Source: a virus (lineage: Duplodnaviria > Caudoviricetes). From it: a stretch of DNA of 42,362 bases. Location: the IMG/VR virus record IMGVR_UViG_3300014208_000071, positions 1-42,362 of that record. One strand, written 5' to 3'. Position numbers and translations under genes: made by a program. The notes below the pieces were generated by a model, which searched no databases, was not told where the DNA came from, and was given only the letters and a program-made list of their open reading frames with translations. Shown here piece after piece: positions 18,026-26,935 of the stretch (positions are counted from its first letter, which is position 1; every line of letters starts with the position of its first letter).

Positions 18026-18427
18026 ATGGCTTACTCAAAAGAAAACTGCAGCGTGGCTATTCTGCAGAAAATGGTAAAACAAAAATGGCCAGGGTATATT
18101 GTAATAGGTAATCAACCCTATTTCACGGAAACCGTGATATTTAAGAAAGAGGAAGATCAGTGGATTCCTAAACAAAGTTTTGACAGCAACCACAAATGCT
18201 TTAAAGCTTTACTAGACCCTGAATTTCATCCTGAAAAACCGTATCGAAGGGAGATGGATACAAATCTATTTGGAGCGGAATTTCCAGTTCAATTTTCAGT
18301 AAGACCGTATTTAGTAAAAGTAATGGAATTGTTGAAGTCTGCTCAGGATTTAGGACAGATGTTTGGAATAAATGTAGAAGATTCATTGGAATTGGCTAGA
18401 GAAATTTATAAGAAACAAAAGATATGA
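18026..18427 (+). CDS. hypothetical protein
   Basis: Packed ORF inside the cluster. Confidence 0.7.
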   Translation: MAYSKENCSVAILQKMVKQKWPGYIVIGNQPYFTETVIFKKEEDQWIPKQSFDSNHKCFKALLDPEFHPEKPYRREMDTNLFGAEFPVQFSVRPYLVKVMELLKSAQDLGQMFGINVEDSLELAREIYKKQKI

Positions 18428-19833
18428 TGGATATCAATTATTGGGAGTTGCGAAAATTAGTTAGCAAGATAATTCCTAGAATGACCCAATTAGGTTCTTC
18501 TAATAGGAAGTCAGAGGCGGTACGGGAAAAGGGAAGAAAAAAGAATTATAGTCAATTTAATTTACGTCATGGAGAATGGCGTAAGCAGGAAAGGTTGTTG
18601 AATACAGAGGAAATAAATTCATTTTTAGAAATTTCAGTAAGAGCAGCAGCCTGTCCCATGCCTTTCAATGGAGATGTTTGGGACGGTTTATTCTGCAACT
18701 TCGGATGTATTTATTGCTATGCAAATAATTTTAGAAATTCTCTTTATACTGCTTTTTTCGACAATAGTAAAACAATGGGATTACGTCACTGTAATCCAGA
18801 CTACTATAAATCGGAAATGGATAAGATGCTCAAGTATCGAGTTATGTCTAAAGAGGATAAATTTAATTTAACAGGTATCAATAAAGCATTCGCTTTAGAA
18901 ATTCCTTTGAGATTAGGAATACGGTTTGAAGACTTTACTAGAAGTGAAGAAAAGTATGGTATCAGTTTAGCTATGTTACAATACTTACGGGATATTGAAT
19001 ATCCAATAATGATCAATAGTAAATCCGGTTTACCTGCTCAAGGAGATTACATTAGAGCTTTAGCAGACAATCCGGCAAAAGCTGCCGTTCATATTACGAT
19101 GCTAACTTCTAACGAAGAAATCACTAAAAATCTAGAACCTGGAGCACCTTCTTATGCTAAAAGACTGGAAGCTGTTAGACTTCTAAATGAAGCTGGAGTA
19201 AGAGCTGTACCCAGAATAGAACCTTATTTGTTTTTACTTACGGATAATCCTGAAGAAGTAGCCCAGTATATGGAAGATATTTGGGATGCTGGAGCCAGAC
19301 ATATTACTTTTGATACTTATTCCTATACAGCTAACAATAGCGGTATCCGTCAAGAGTTTATAAACAAAGGATATGACTATGATCGAATGTTTCTTGCTGG
19401 AGCGGATAGTCAACCATTAGGTTCGTTACTTCTTGGAAAGTTTATGGATTTATTCCGTCAAAGAGGATTTTCCTGTTCTACTTTTGACATGGGAAATAAT
19501 CCAACTAACAATCAAAGTATTTGTTGCGAAGTAGAGGATTGGTTTGAAGGAGGGTGGAACTATGGTTGTACGGTAATGGCAGCTAGATTTATTGGACGTA
19601 GAAATAGAACCACTAGTTGGAGCGACTTTGTACGATATGTAGATAAACATGGAGGCTTCCTTACAGACGAATTGAAATCTGAAGTACACCATCTTTGGAA
19701 CTTAGAAGGAAATATGGCTTACTCTCACCGATGGTCTGCCGGATTGGTTCCTTGCGGAAGGGATGAAGATGGATTACTTTGGAATAAAGATAATAGTGAT
19801 TATAGGGAAAATTTAATAAATGAAATCATATGA
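18424..19833 (+). CDS. radical SAM protein 2
   Basis: CNFGCIYC, LEPGAPS..KRL, RIEP and C-terminal CCE motifs. Confidence 0.88.
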   Translation: MMDINYWELRKLVSKIIPRMTQLGSSNRKSEAVREKGRKKNYSQFNLRHGEWRKQERLLNTEEINSFLEISVRAAACPMPFNGDVWDGLFCNFGCIYCYANNFRNSLYTAFFDNSKTMGLRHCNPDYYKSEMDKMLKYRVMSKEDKFNLTGINKAFALEIPLRLGIRFEDFTRSEEKYGISLAMLQYLRDIEYPIMINSKSGLPAQGDYIRALADNPAKAAVHITMLTSNEEITKNLEPGAPSYAKRLEAVRLLNEAGVRAVPRIEPYLFLLTDNPEEVAQYMEDIWDAGARHITFDTYSYTANNSGIRQEFINKGYDYDRMFLAGADSQPLGSLLLGKFMDLFRQRGFSCSTFDMGNNPTNNQSICCEVEDWFEGGWNYGCTVMAARFIGRRNRTTSWSDFVRYVDKHGGFLTDELKSEVHHLWNLEGNMAYSHRWSAGLVPCGRDEDGLLWNKDNSDYRENLINEII

Positions 19834-20606
19834 AAATCTCAAATTTGGTGGAAGAGTTGTTCGCTCAAGCTGTAGCCCTGGATCAAAGTGGCGGATTGAG
19901 AAATACTATCTATGCTATTGAAAACGATATTTTAATACTCAACTATGATCACACTGTTCTCTTGCGATTCCGGTTGCGAAAGTCAGAAGGAACTTTTGAA
20001 CAACCGATTAGTTTTAAAGCGAATGACTACGACAGTAACGTCTTTGAGGAAAAAGATGGAAAGATTGTCTTTTACTCTGAAAAAGGAGAGTATCAGCGTA
20101 AAAAGATTTGTGGAACAACTGACCTTACTCCAGAAGAGGTAAAAGAATTGTATTGGAAGTACAAACCCACTGAAGAAGATTTTCAAACTATACTTCTATC
20201 TAAGGATGTTATCGAATTGTTAGATCCAGACCTGAGTCACATTGAATTCTCTGGTACTAAAGGAGGAACGATCAAGATGATTCAACGAAACATCTATTCA
20301 GGAGGAATTATTGAAATAGAGAAAGTCAATGAAGGGTTCCTAAAGGAAGAAATTTCAGAGGACTTTGGACCAGTAGCGATTAAAACAGATGATTTCAAGG
20401 CTTTGTTTTATTTTCAGGATGCTTTGAAGTTTAGCTTTCCTAAAATGGGAAAAGAGGATTTCATAATAATCCAAGGTACTGACGACAACAAGCGTTCCAT
20501 TCGTGGAGTGATTGCCTGTTGTTTGTATGATGAAGTAATTCAATTGAAAGAAGCAAGGAATGTAACGGAATCAGAAACTAAAATTGTTAGAAGGAGGACA
20601 TCATGA
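19830..20606 (+). CDS. hypothetical protein, possibly PCNA/gp45 clamp-like fold
   Basis: 258-aa acidic alpha/beta protein; the clamp resemblance is weak and judged by eye. Confidence 0.5.
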   Translation: MKISNLVEELFAQAVALDQSGGLRNTIYAIENDILILNYDHTVLLRFRLRKSEGTFEQPISFKANDYDSNVFEEKDGKIVFYSEKGEYQRKKICGTTDLTPEEVKELYWKYKPTEEDFQTILLSKDVIELLDPDLSHIEFSGTKGGTIKMIQRNIYSGGIIEIEKVNEGFLKEEISEDFGPVAIKTDDFKALFYFQDALKFSFPKMGKEDFIIIQGTDDNKRSIRGVIACCLYDEVIQLKEARNVTESETKIVRRRTS

Positions 20607-20776
20607 AAGGCGGGGGAAAAAGCCGGAAGTCTGGCGGGGTATCTAAAAAGCTTATAGCTAAACTCAAAAGTGAGTATTCAACCAATAGTAGTAAATCATC
20701 TTGCGGTAAAAAGAAAGACGATGCAAAAGCTAATGATAGCCGATTATTTGACTTTGGCGGAAAGACAAAAGATTAG
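20603..20776 (+). CDS. 57-aa basic Gly/Lys/Ser-rich peptide (not in ORF track)
   Basis: MKGGGKSRKSGG...SRLFDFGGKTKD*; AGGAGG upstream; ATGA overlap. Confidence 0.55.
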   Translation: MKGGGKSRKSGGVSKKLIAKLKSEYSTNSSKSSCGKKKDDAKANDSRLFDFGGKTKD

Positions 20777-21551
20777 ACCAACTTTCTTTCACAGTCTGCC
20801 TTATTTATTAGTATCCAAAGCAAAAGCTTATCTAGAAAATGGATGGGTTTGGGTAGAAGCTGATGATTGGTTGTTGTTCCCAGGAATGCTCGTTCAAATG
20901 GGAAAGGGTTTAGCCCCCTATCCTCACGACAAAGTTTGGATTTATACTACTTTCAATGAAAAAAATAAACCTCCAATCATGTTATCTGAATTTGTATTCC
21001 TGGATTATGAATACATATTCGATCCCAACAGTTTTAAGGACTTATCGGGAGGTAGCTGGAACGTATATAGGAAGAACATACGAAAGTGGCCTAAATCGCA
21101 TCAAAAGTGGGTATATACCGATAAATTTAACCAGAATTCTATTCTAAAGCTTTTACTGGAGTGGGTAGACGCTAAATCAGAAACCATAAAGGACTTTCCA
21201 TTCATTTGGAGTTACTTCAACCGGACTTCTGCTTCTTTGATTTCATTAGGTATTTACATTAAAGTATTGAAGGACGAAAACAATGAAATAGTAGCAATAA
21301 ATACCTGGGATGTAAATTGGAAATTTGTAAATTTTAGATTTTGTATTACCAAACCAGGAGAAGATTATCTTCAAGAGTTTACCCGCTATTTGTTCTATAC
21401 CGATCCTGATGTATTAAAATGGGAAATGTTAGTAAATGACGGAGGAGCTTTAGACAATCCTGGATTAGAGAAATTTAAAGACAAGATGAATCCAAAAGAA
21501 AAAAACTTAATGTATTCTTTAATAAATACCAAACAAGATGAAAAAGAATGA
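20670..21551 (+). CDS. DUF2156/MprF C-terminal-like GNAT-fold transferase (true start may be slightly downstream)
   Basis: DYEYIFD...DLSGG.W...RKNI and NDGGALDNPGLEKFKDKMNP resemble DUF2156 motifs (DY.Y...L.G...KRN and D.G..GLRK.K..Y.P). Confidence 0.65.
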   Translation: MSIQPIVVNHLAVKRKTMQKLMIADYLTLAERQKIRPTFFHSLPYLLVSKAKAYLENGWVWVEADDWLLFPGMLVQMGKGLAPYPHDKVWIYTTFNEKNKPPIMLSEFVFLDYEYIFDPNSFKDLSGGSWNVYRKNIRKWPKSHQKWVYTDKFNQNSILKLLLEWVDAKSETIKDFPFIWSYFNRTSASLISLGIYIKVLKDENNEIVAINTWDVNWKFVNFRFCITKPGEDYLQEFTRYLFYTDPDVLKWEMLVNDGGALDNPGLEKFKDKMNPKEKNLMYSLINTKQDEKE

Positions 21552-22548
21552 TTTAACCGCTGCGCTCGAAATAGTTAAGCCTGGATTATCAGGAAACGAG
21601 GTCATAGAACAGTCTACGTCTTTTGCGTTCATCAACGGTCGAGTAACCACGTATAACGATGAAATTTCTATTTCACACCCCGTTTCGGGATTAGATATTA
21701 CCGGAGCAATCAAAGCAGAAGAATTATATCAATACTTAAAAAAGGTAAAGACAGAAGAAATTGAAATAGAAATAACTGGAAATGAAATTATACTTATTTC
21801 AGGGAAAGCTAGAGCTGGATTGATTCTACAACAGGAAATCAAACTTCCATTAGAGGAAATAGGAAATATGGGTAAGTGGAAAACTTTACCCTCTAATTTC
21901 CTGAAAGGATTGAAATTCACTATTCCTTCCTGCTCATCTATGAGTTCCAGACCGATCCTAACTTGCGTACACGTCAGCGATAAAGGATATGTGGAGGCTT
22001 CGGATAGTTTTCGTATTTCCCGATTGACCTTGGATAAAGATTTACTAGTTAAGACTTTTCTATTGCCTTCATCCTCTGCTCAAACCGTATTGAAATTAGC
22101 TCCAATAAAAGTAGCAGAAGGAGTAGGTTGGGTTCATTTTATGACGGAATCAGGAACAATTCTATCTTGTCGAATATTTGAAGATAAATTTCCTGACATG
22201 AATCCCTACACCGTAGTGGAAGGAGAAAAAATAGCTTTGAAAGAAACTATTAGCGAAGTTTTAGAACGAGCTATGGTGTTTTCTAAAAGAGATGACAGCA
22301 TAAGCGAAATGGTTACTTTGACTTTCAAAGATGGTATTTTAGAAGTTACTTCAGAATCTGAAATAGGATGGTTCAAGGAAACTATACGGATCAAGTGGAA
22401 AGGTAGTCTGTCTTTCAACATTACTCCTTCTTTGTTACGAGATATTCTGAAAGAAACCCAGGAATTTACTTTCAATAAGCATGCTCTGAGATTTGAAGGA
22501 GAAGATTGGTTTTTTGTAGTAGCTTTGAAAGCAGCTAGTAAAGTCTAA
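21538..22548 (+). CDS. DNA polymerase III beta-type sliding clamp
   Basis: 336 aa; RPILTCVH...EASDSFRI, CRIFEDKFPD and LERAMVF motifs match the DnaN pattern. Confidence 0.85.
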   Translation: MKKNDLTAALEIVKPGLSGNEVIEQSTSFAFINGRVTTYNDEISISHPVSGLDITGAIKAEELYQYLKKVKTEEIEIEITGNEIILISGKARAGLILQQEIKLPLEEIGNMGKWKTLPSNFLKGLKFTIPSCSSMSSRPILTCVHVSDKGYVEASDSFRISRLTLDKDLLVKTFLLPSSSAQTVLKLAPIKVAEGVGWVHFMTESGTILSCRIFEDKFPDMNPYTVVEGEKIALKETISEVLERAMVFSKRDDSISEMVTLTFKDGILEVTSESEIGWFKETIRIKWKGSLSFNITPSLLRDILKETQEFTFNKHALRFEGEDWFFVVALKAASKV

Positions 22549-23762
22549 TGGAAGGCTTTTTTACCATAGCCGAAACAAAGTCTAAATCCCGTCCAAAGGG
22601 AAAGATTTGTTCATGTGCCTCCTGTGGATTGGGTAGTAAATGCCTTACTCCAAAATTTCCTCCTTATGGCAATTTCAAAAAGGGTATTCTGATAGTAGGG
22701 GAAACCCCATCTGAAATAGATGATCGGGCAGGAATACCCTGGCAAGGAAAATCTGGAAAGTTGTTGCAAAGAACCTTAGAAGGATTGGGAATTGACTTAT
22801 ATGAAGATTGTTTAACTACCCATGCTTGTAAATGTCATTTGATAGATGATAGATTACCTTCTAATCACGAAGTAGATTGTTGTCGTAAATCTGTATTGCA
22901 GACAGTAGATACCTATATGCCCAAATTAATTTTGTTATTAGGTACTTCTGCTATTTACAGTTTACTAGGACATCGTTGGAAAAGGGATTTAGAAGGAATA
23001 CTCAAGTGGAGGGGGTGGACTATTCCTGATCAAGATTTAAAAGCCTGGGTTTGCCCTATCTTTCATCCCAGTTTTGTAAATCAAAGAAAGGATGGAGTTG
23101 AAGAAGTTATTTGGATACAGGACTTAGAATCGGCTATTGAAAAACTAAACGATCCTTTTCCTAAATACAAAGAACCAAAAATAGAGGTGATTGAAGACTT
23201 ATCGGTATTAGATAATATCCAATCTGATATGGTAGCCTTTGACTATGAAACTACCGGATTAAAACCCCATGCTAAAGGACACCGAATTGTATGCTGTTCA
23301 GTAGCCGATACAGTGGATCACGTCTATGTATTTCTAATGCCAGATACTAAACTTGGAAGAAAGCCTTTTTTAAGGTTGTTAGAAAATCCAAGGATAAGTA
23401 AAATGGCTCACAACATCAAGTTTGAAGATACTTGGAGTAAAGTACGATTAAAACAAGATGTATTTTGGTGGCAATGGGATAGTATGTTAGCTGCCCACAT
23501 TTTAGATAATCGACCAGGAATAACCGGATTAAAATTCCAGGCTTATGTTCAATTTGGAATCATAGATTATTCTAGTGAACTTGATCCTTATCTTCATAGT
23601 GGAGGAAATAGTGCTAATGATTTCAATAAGATATTTGATTTGATTAAGACTGAAGATGGTGTAGATAAACTTTTACACTACTGCGCTCTTGACAGCGTTT
23701 ATGAATATCGACTTGCTATGTTGCAAATGAAAATAATGAATTATAATTTTTTACCTTTCTAG
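22548..23762 (+). CDS. family-4 uracil-DNA glycosylase domain fused to a PolA-type 3'-5' exonuclease (N-terminal part of a split polymerase)
   Basis: CASC, GETP and FHPSF (UDG-F4); DYETTG, HNIKFED and YCALD (Exo I-III). Confidence 0.9.
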   Translation: MEGFFTIAETKSKSRPKGKICSCASCGLGSKCLTPKFPPYGNFKKGILIVGETPSEIDDRAGIPWQGKSGKLLQRTLEGLGIDLYEDCLTTHACKCHLIDDRLPSNHEVDCCRKSVLQTVDTYMPKLILLLGTSAIYSLLGHRWKRDLEGILKWRGWTIPDQDLKAWVCPIFHPSFVNQRKDGVEEVIWIQDLESAIEKLNDPFPKYKEPKIEVIEDLSVLDNIQSDMVAFDYETTGLKPHAKGHRIVCCSVADTVDHVYVFLMPDTKLGRKPFLRLLENPRISKMAHNIKFEDTWSKVRLKQDVFWWQWDSMLAAHILDNRPGITGLKFQAYVQFGIIDYSSELDPYLHSGGNSANDFNKIFDLIKTEDGVDKLLHYCALDSVYEYRLAMLQMKIMNYNFLPF

Positions 23763-23764
23763 CT

Positions 23765-24004
23765 ATGAACAACGAACAATGGTTGATCGAATTTGATCTA
23801 AGTAAAGACAAATTCAAATGGTTTTTTATTAAGTATGGTTTTGAGATTGAGTGGAATAAACTACTTGAGTTGAGGAAAATGAAACAGGTAGGTAAGATGA
23901 AGACTGTAATGGATGTCGTGTGGTTTGAATTGCCAGACGATGAATTCAATATTAAAATGAATCCTGACGGATGGAATGAATTTTTAAGGCTAATCGAAGA
24001 TTGA
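23765..24004 (+). CDS. hypothetical protein
   Basis: Packed ORF between the two polymerase parts. Confidence 0.65.
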   Translation: MNNEQWLIEFDLSKDKFKWFFIKYGFEIEWNKLLELRKMKQVGKMKTVMDVVWFELPDDEFNIKMNPDGWNEFLRLIED

Positions 24005-24005
24005 T

Positions 24006-24372
24006 ATGAAATATCTCAATTTTAAAATGGTAGTATCAGATGCTAACCATACATGGATTGAACATATTGAAGTAAGCACTACAGTATTTGATACTGAATT
24101 ATCTTACGCAAAAGACTTAATTACTAAATTTAATAAGTCTTTACGTCCTGGTGAATTACCAAGGAAAGTTGTAGTTGTACGTCCAATAAAGGCTAATCCA
24201 TCAACTATGCGTATAAAACATACTTGGACTAAAAAGAGCCTTGTCACTGAAAAAGGGGGGGTATGATATATACCAGTGCGCAAATTGTGGTGCATTAGGT
24301 AAACGATACGGCTTTGATTTTGTAATACATCCAAATTCTGGTTTTAGTGATTACTGTAAAATTAAAAAATGA
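24006..24372 (+). pseudogene. Zn-ribbon protein frameshifted at an A5G7 tract (24250-24261)
   Basis: Removing one G gives ...LVTEKGGYDIYQCANCGALGKRYG...CKIKK* with its TGA overlapping the polymerase ATG. Confidence 0.65.
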
Positions 24373-25751
24373 AGATTCATCCAAACACTCAAGAAGCATA
24401 CCAGCTCCTGCAGGATGGAGTTTTAGCCCTAGCCAGGGCTGAACGTCAGGGAATGTGTGTAAATATGGACTATATTAGAGATAAACAAAAAGAATTAATT
24501 AAGAAAAGTGTTCAGATAGAAGATGAATTTAAACAATCCCAATTCTTCAAAGATTGGCAAAAGTCTATTAATAAATCTGTCAACATATATTCCACTAAAC
24601 AACTGGGAGAATTTCTATATGGAGTAAGAAATATAAAACCAATTAAAACAACTCCTACTGGGAAAGGTTCCACTGATGAAGAATCCTTGAAACAATTAAA
24701 CATTCCTGAACTTCAATTCTATGAAGAAAAGACTGGAATAAAAAAGTCTTTAGATGTATTAGATGGATTTGAAAGAGAACAGGTAGACGGAGTAATTCAT
24801 CCAGTATTTAATTTACATATTGCTCGTACCTACAGATCCAGTTCGGATTCTCCAAACTTCCAGAACATTCCAGTGAGGGATAAAGAAATGATGAATACTT
24901 GTAGGGGTGCTTTATTTCCTAGACCCGGGCACCAATTATTAGAAGTTGACTTTGGACAGTTAGAAGTACGAATAGCAGCGGCATACAATAAGGATGAAAC
25001 CTTGATCTACGATATTCTTCATGGAGATATGCATTCTGATATAGCTCAACAATTATTTTTTATTGATAAAATAGATAAAAGTAATTCTATTCATAAACTT
25101 CTTCGATATGCTGCTAAAAACGGTTTTGTATTTCCTCAATTCTACGGTAGTTATTATAAAAATTGTGCTGTAAATATTGCTTACATCGTAAAGCTTCCTC
25201 AAGGTAAATGGAAACCTAGTCAGGGAATTTCTTTGGATGAGGGTACGTTATCAGACCATATGATTAATAATGGAATACGATCTTTTGATAAATTTATCGA
25301 ACATATTAAAAAAATAGAGGATCAATTTTGGAATGTTCGATATCAAACCTATACTGCTTGGAAGGAACGACATTGGTTAAAGTACCAAAGAAAAGGTTAT
25401 ATTGATACTTTTACTGGATTTCGATTTACCGGATTAATGGGAAAAAACGATGCTATTAATTATCCGATTCAGTGTACTGCCTTTAATGGATTGCTTTGGA
25501 GCCTAATCCAAAAGGATAGATATATTTTAAATGAAAAATTAGATACTCGAATTATATCCCAGATCCATGATAGTTTACTTTTTGATGTTCATCCAGATGA
25601 ATTAGAACAAGTTATATCTTCAGTAAAAAAAATTACATGTACTGATCTTCCTAATGCCTGGAAGTGGATAAATGTTCCTTTAGAAATAGACGCGGATTTA
25701 GCAGGAATAGACCAAAGCTGGGCAGAGAAAAAAAGATATCCTTTAGCTTAA
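24369..25751 (+). CDS. family A DNA polymerase, polymerase domain only
   Basis: TYRSSSDSPNFQNIP; motif A DFGQLEVRI; motif B RYAAKNGFVFPQFYG; motif C IHDSL. Confidence 0.93.
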   Translation: MKIHPNTQEAYQLLQDGVLALARAERQGMCVNMDYIRDKQKELIKKSVQIEDEFKQSQFFKDWQKSINKSVNIYSTKQLGEFLYGVRNIKPIKTTPTGKGSTDEESLKQLNIPELQFYEEKTGIKKSLDVLDGFEREQVDGVIHPVFNLHIARTYRSSSDSPNFQNIPVRDKEMMNTCRGALFPRPGHQLLEVDFGQLEVRIAAAYNKDETLIYDILHGDMHSDIAQQLFFIDKIDKSNSIHKLLRYAAKNGFVFPQFYGSYYKNCAVNIAYIVKLPQGKWKPSQGISLDEGTLSDHMINNGIRSFDKFIEHIKKIEDQFWNVRYQTYTAWKERHWLKYQRKGYIDTFTGFRFTGLMGKNDAINYPIQCTAFNGLLWSLIQKDRYILNEKLDTRIISQIHDSLLFDVHPDELEQVISSVKKITCTDLPNAWKWINVPLEIDADLAGIDQSWAEKKRYPLA

Positions 25752-25777
25752 ATCAGAAGTGTTAAAACCGTATAATA
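25750..25777 (+). promoter_or_regulatory. putative phage-sigma promoter P3
   Basis: AAATCAGAAGTGTTAAAACCGTATAATA. Confidence 0.7.
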
Positions 25778-25793
25778 TAATAAATAAAACCCT

Positions 25794-26711
25794 ATGAGTT
25801 TATATTTGAAATACCGACCTACTTCTTTGGAAGCGGTCAAAGGAAATGAAGAGTTAGTTGCGTCTTTAGATGCTATGCTAAACAACAAAAAGACCTGTCC
25901 GCATTCATTTCTTTTAACTGGACCAACTGGTTGTGGAAAAACTACTATTGGTAGAATTATAGCAGAACGACTAGGTAGCAAAGGTTCTGATTGTCGAGAA
26001 ATAGATTCTGCTGACTTTAGAGGAATTGATACCATTAGGGATATTCGTAAGAATAGTCAGTACATGGCTATGGAAAGTGAGTGTCGGGTATGGATACTAG
26101 ATGAAATTCACCGTGCAACCCCAGATGCGCTATCAGCTTTATTGAAAATTCTAGAGGATACTCCTTCTCATGTGTACTTCGTACTCTGTACTACTGACCC
26201 TCAAAAACTTCTTCCTACCTTGAAAGGTCGTTGTAGTACCTTTGTTGTAAAGCCTCTAGAGGACGAAATGATGAAGCGTTTATTAAAGCGAATAGTAAGA
26301 CAGGAGGAGGGGCAGATAGATGATCAAATACTGGAGCAAATTGTTTCTAGTGCCCAGGGGCATCCTCGTAATGCTTTACAGATACTAGACCAGGTATTGA
26401 GGGTCGATCCAGAACAGCAATTAGAAATAGCAAAACACGGAGCAGAAGTAACCGCTCAAATCATAGACCTTTGCCGCATACTGACTAGCAGTAAAACTAG
26501 GTGGAAAGAGATAGCTGCTATTTTAACTGCTTTGAAAGTAGGAGAAGATCCAGAAAGTATCCGTAGAGTGATTTTAGGATATTGTCAAGCTATACTTTTG
26601 AAAGGAGCAGAAAATAATTCAGTTGCAGCTGTAATGGAAGCTTTTATGGAACCTACCTACAATACTGGTTTTCCAGGAATTGTGTTTGCCTGTTATTCAG
26701 CAACCCATTAA
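25794..26711 (+). CDS. clamp loader ATPase (DnaX gamma/tau-like)
   Basis: LYLKYRP, GPTGCGKTT, ILDEIH, ALLKILED, GRC and PRNALQILDQ motifs. Confidence 0.92.
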   Translation: MSLYLKYRPTSLEAVKGNEELVASLDAMLNNKKTCPHSFLLTGPTGCGKTTIGRIIAERLGSKGSDCREIDSADFRGIDTIRDIRKNSQYMAMESECRVWILDEIHRATPDALSALLKILEDTPSHVYFVLCTTDPQKLLPTLKGRCSTFVVKPLEDEMMKRLLKRIVRQEEGQIDDQILEQIVSSAQGHPRNALQILDQVLRVDPEQQLEIAKHGAEVTAQIIDLCRILTSSKTRWKEIAAILTALKVGEDPESIRRVILGYCQAILLKGAENNSVAAVMEAFMEPTYNTGFPGIVFACYSATH

Positions 26712-26722
26712 ACTTAAATGAT

Positions 26723-26932
26723 ATGCAACGAATAGATTTAAGATTGAAATATAAAAGTGAAACTGGAAAATATCCCATTAGAGAAAACATCCAAAGTGTT
26801 ACTGGGGTTTTTTCCGAAGATCAAAATGCTACTATAACTGTAGAAACAGATGATGATGAATATGATATAGACAATCCTCTTTATCCTTTATTGGATTATA
26901 TAGATTGGCTTGAAGAACAATTAACTAAATAA
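26723..26932 (+). CDS. small acidic protein
   Basis: Packed ORF. Confidence 0.65.
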   Translation: MQRIDLRLKYKSETGKYPIRENIQSVTGVFSEDQNATITVETDDDEYDIDNPLYPLLDYIDWLEEQLTK

Positions 26933-26935
26933 ATT

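Noticed and set aside
15698-21551. RiPP biosynthetic cluster with the 57-aa peptide as precursor
   Set aside because: The rSAMs look SPL-like with no recognisable SPASM or RRE domain, there is no transporter or protease, and the context is DNA replication. Not fully excluded.
23763-24368. Group I intron or homing endonuclease splitting the polymerase
   Set aside because: No recognisable intron core or HNH/GIY-YIG/LAGLIDADG motif; the interval is filled by two ordinary packed ORFs.
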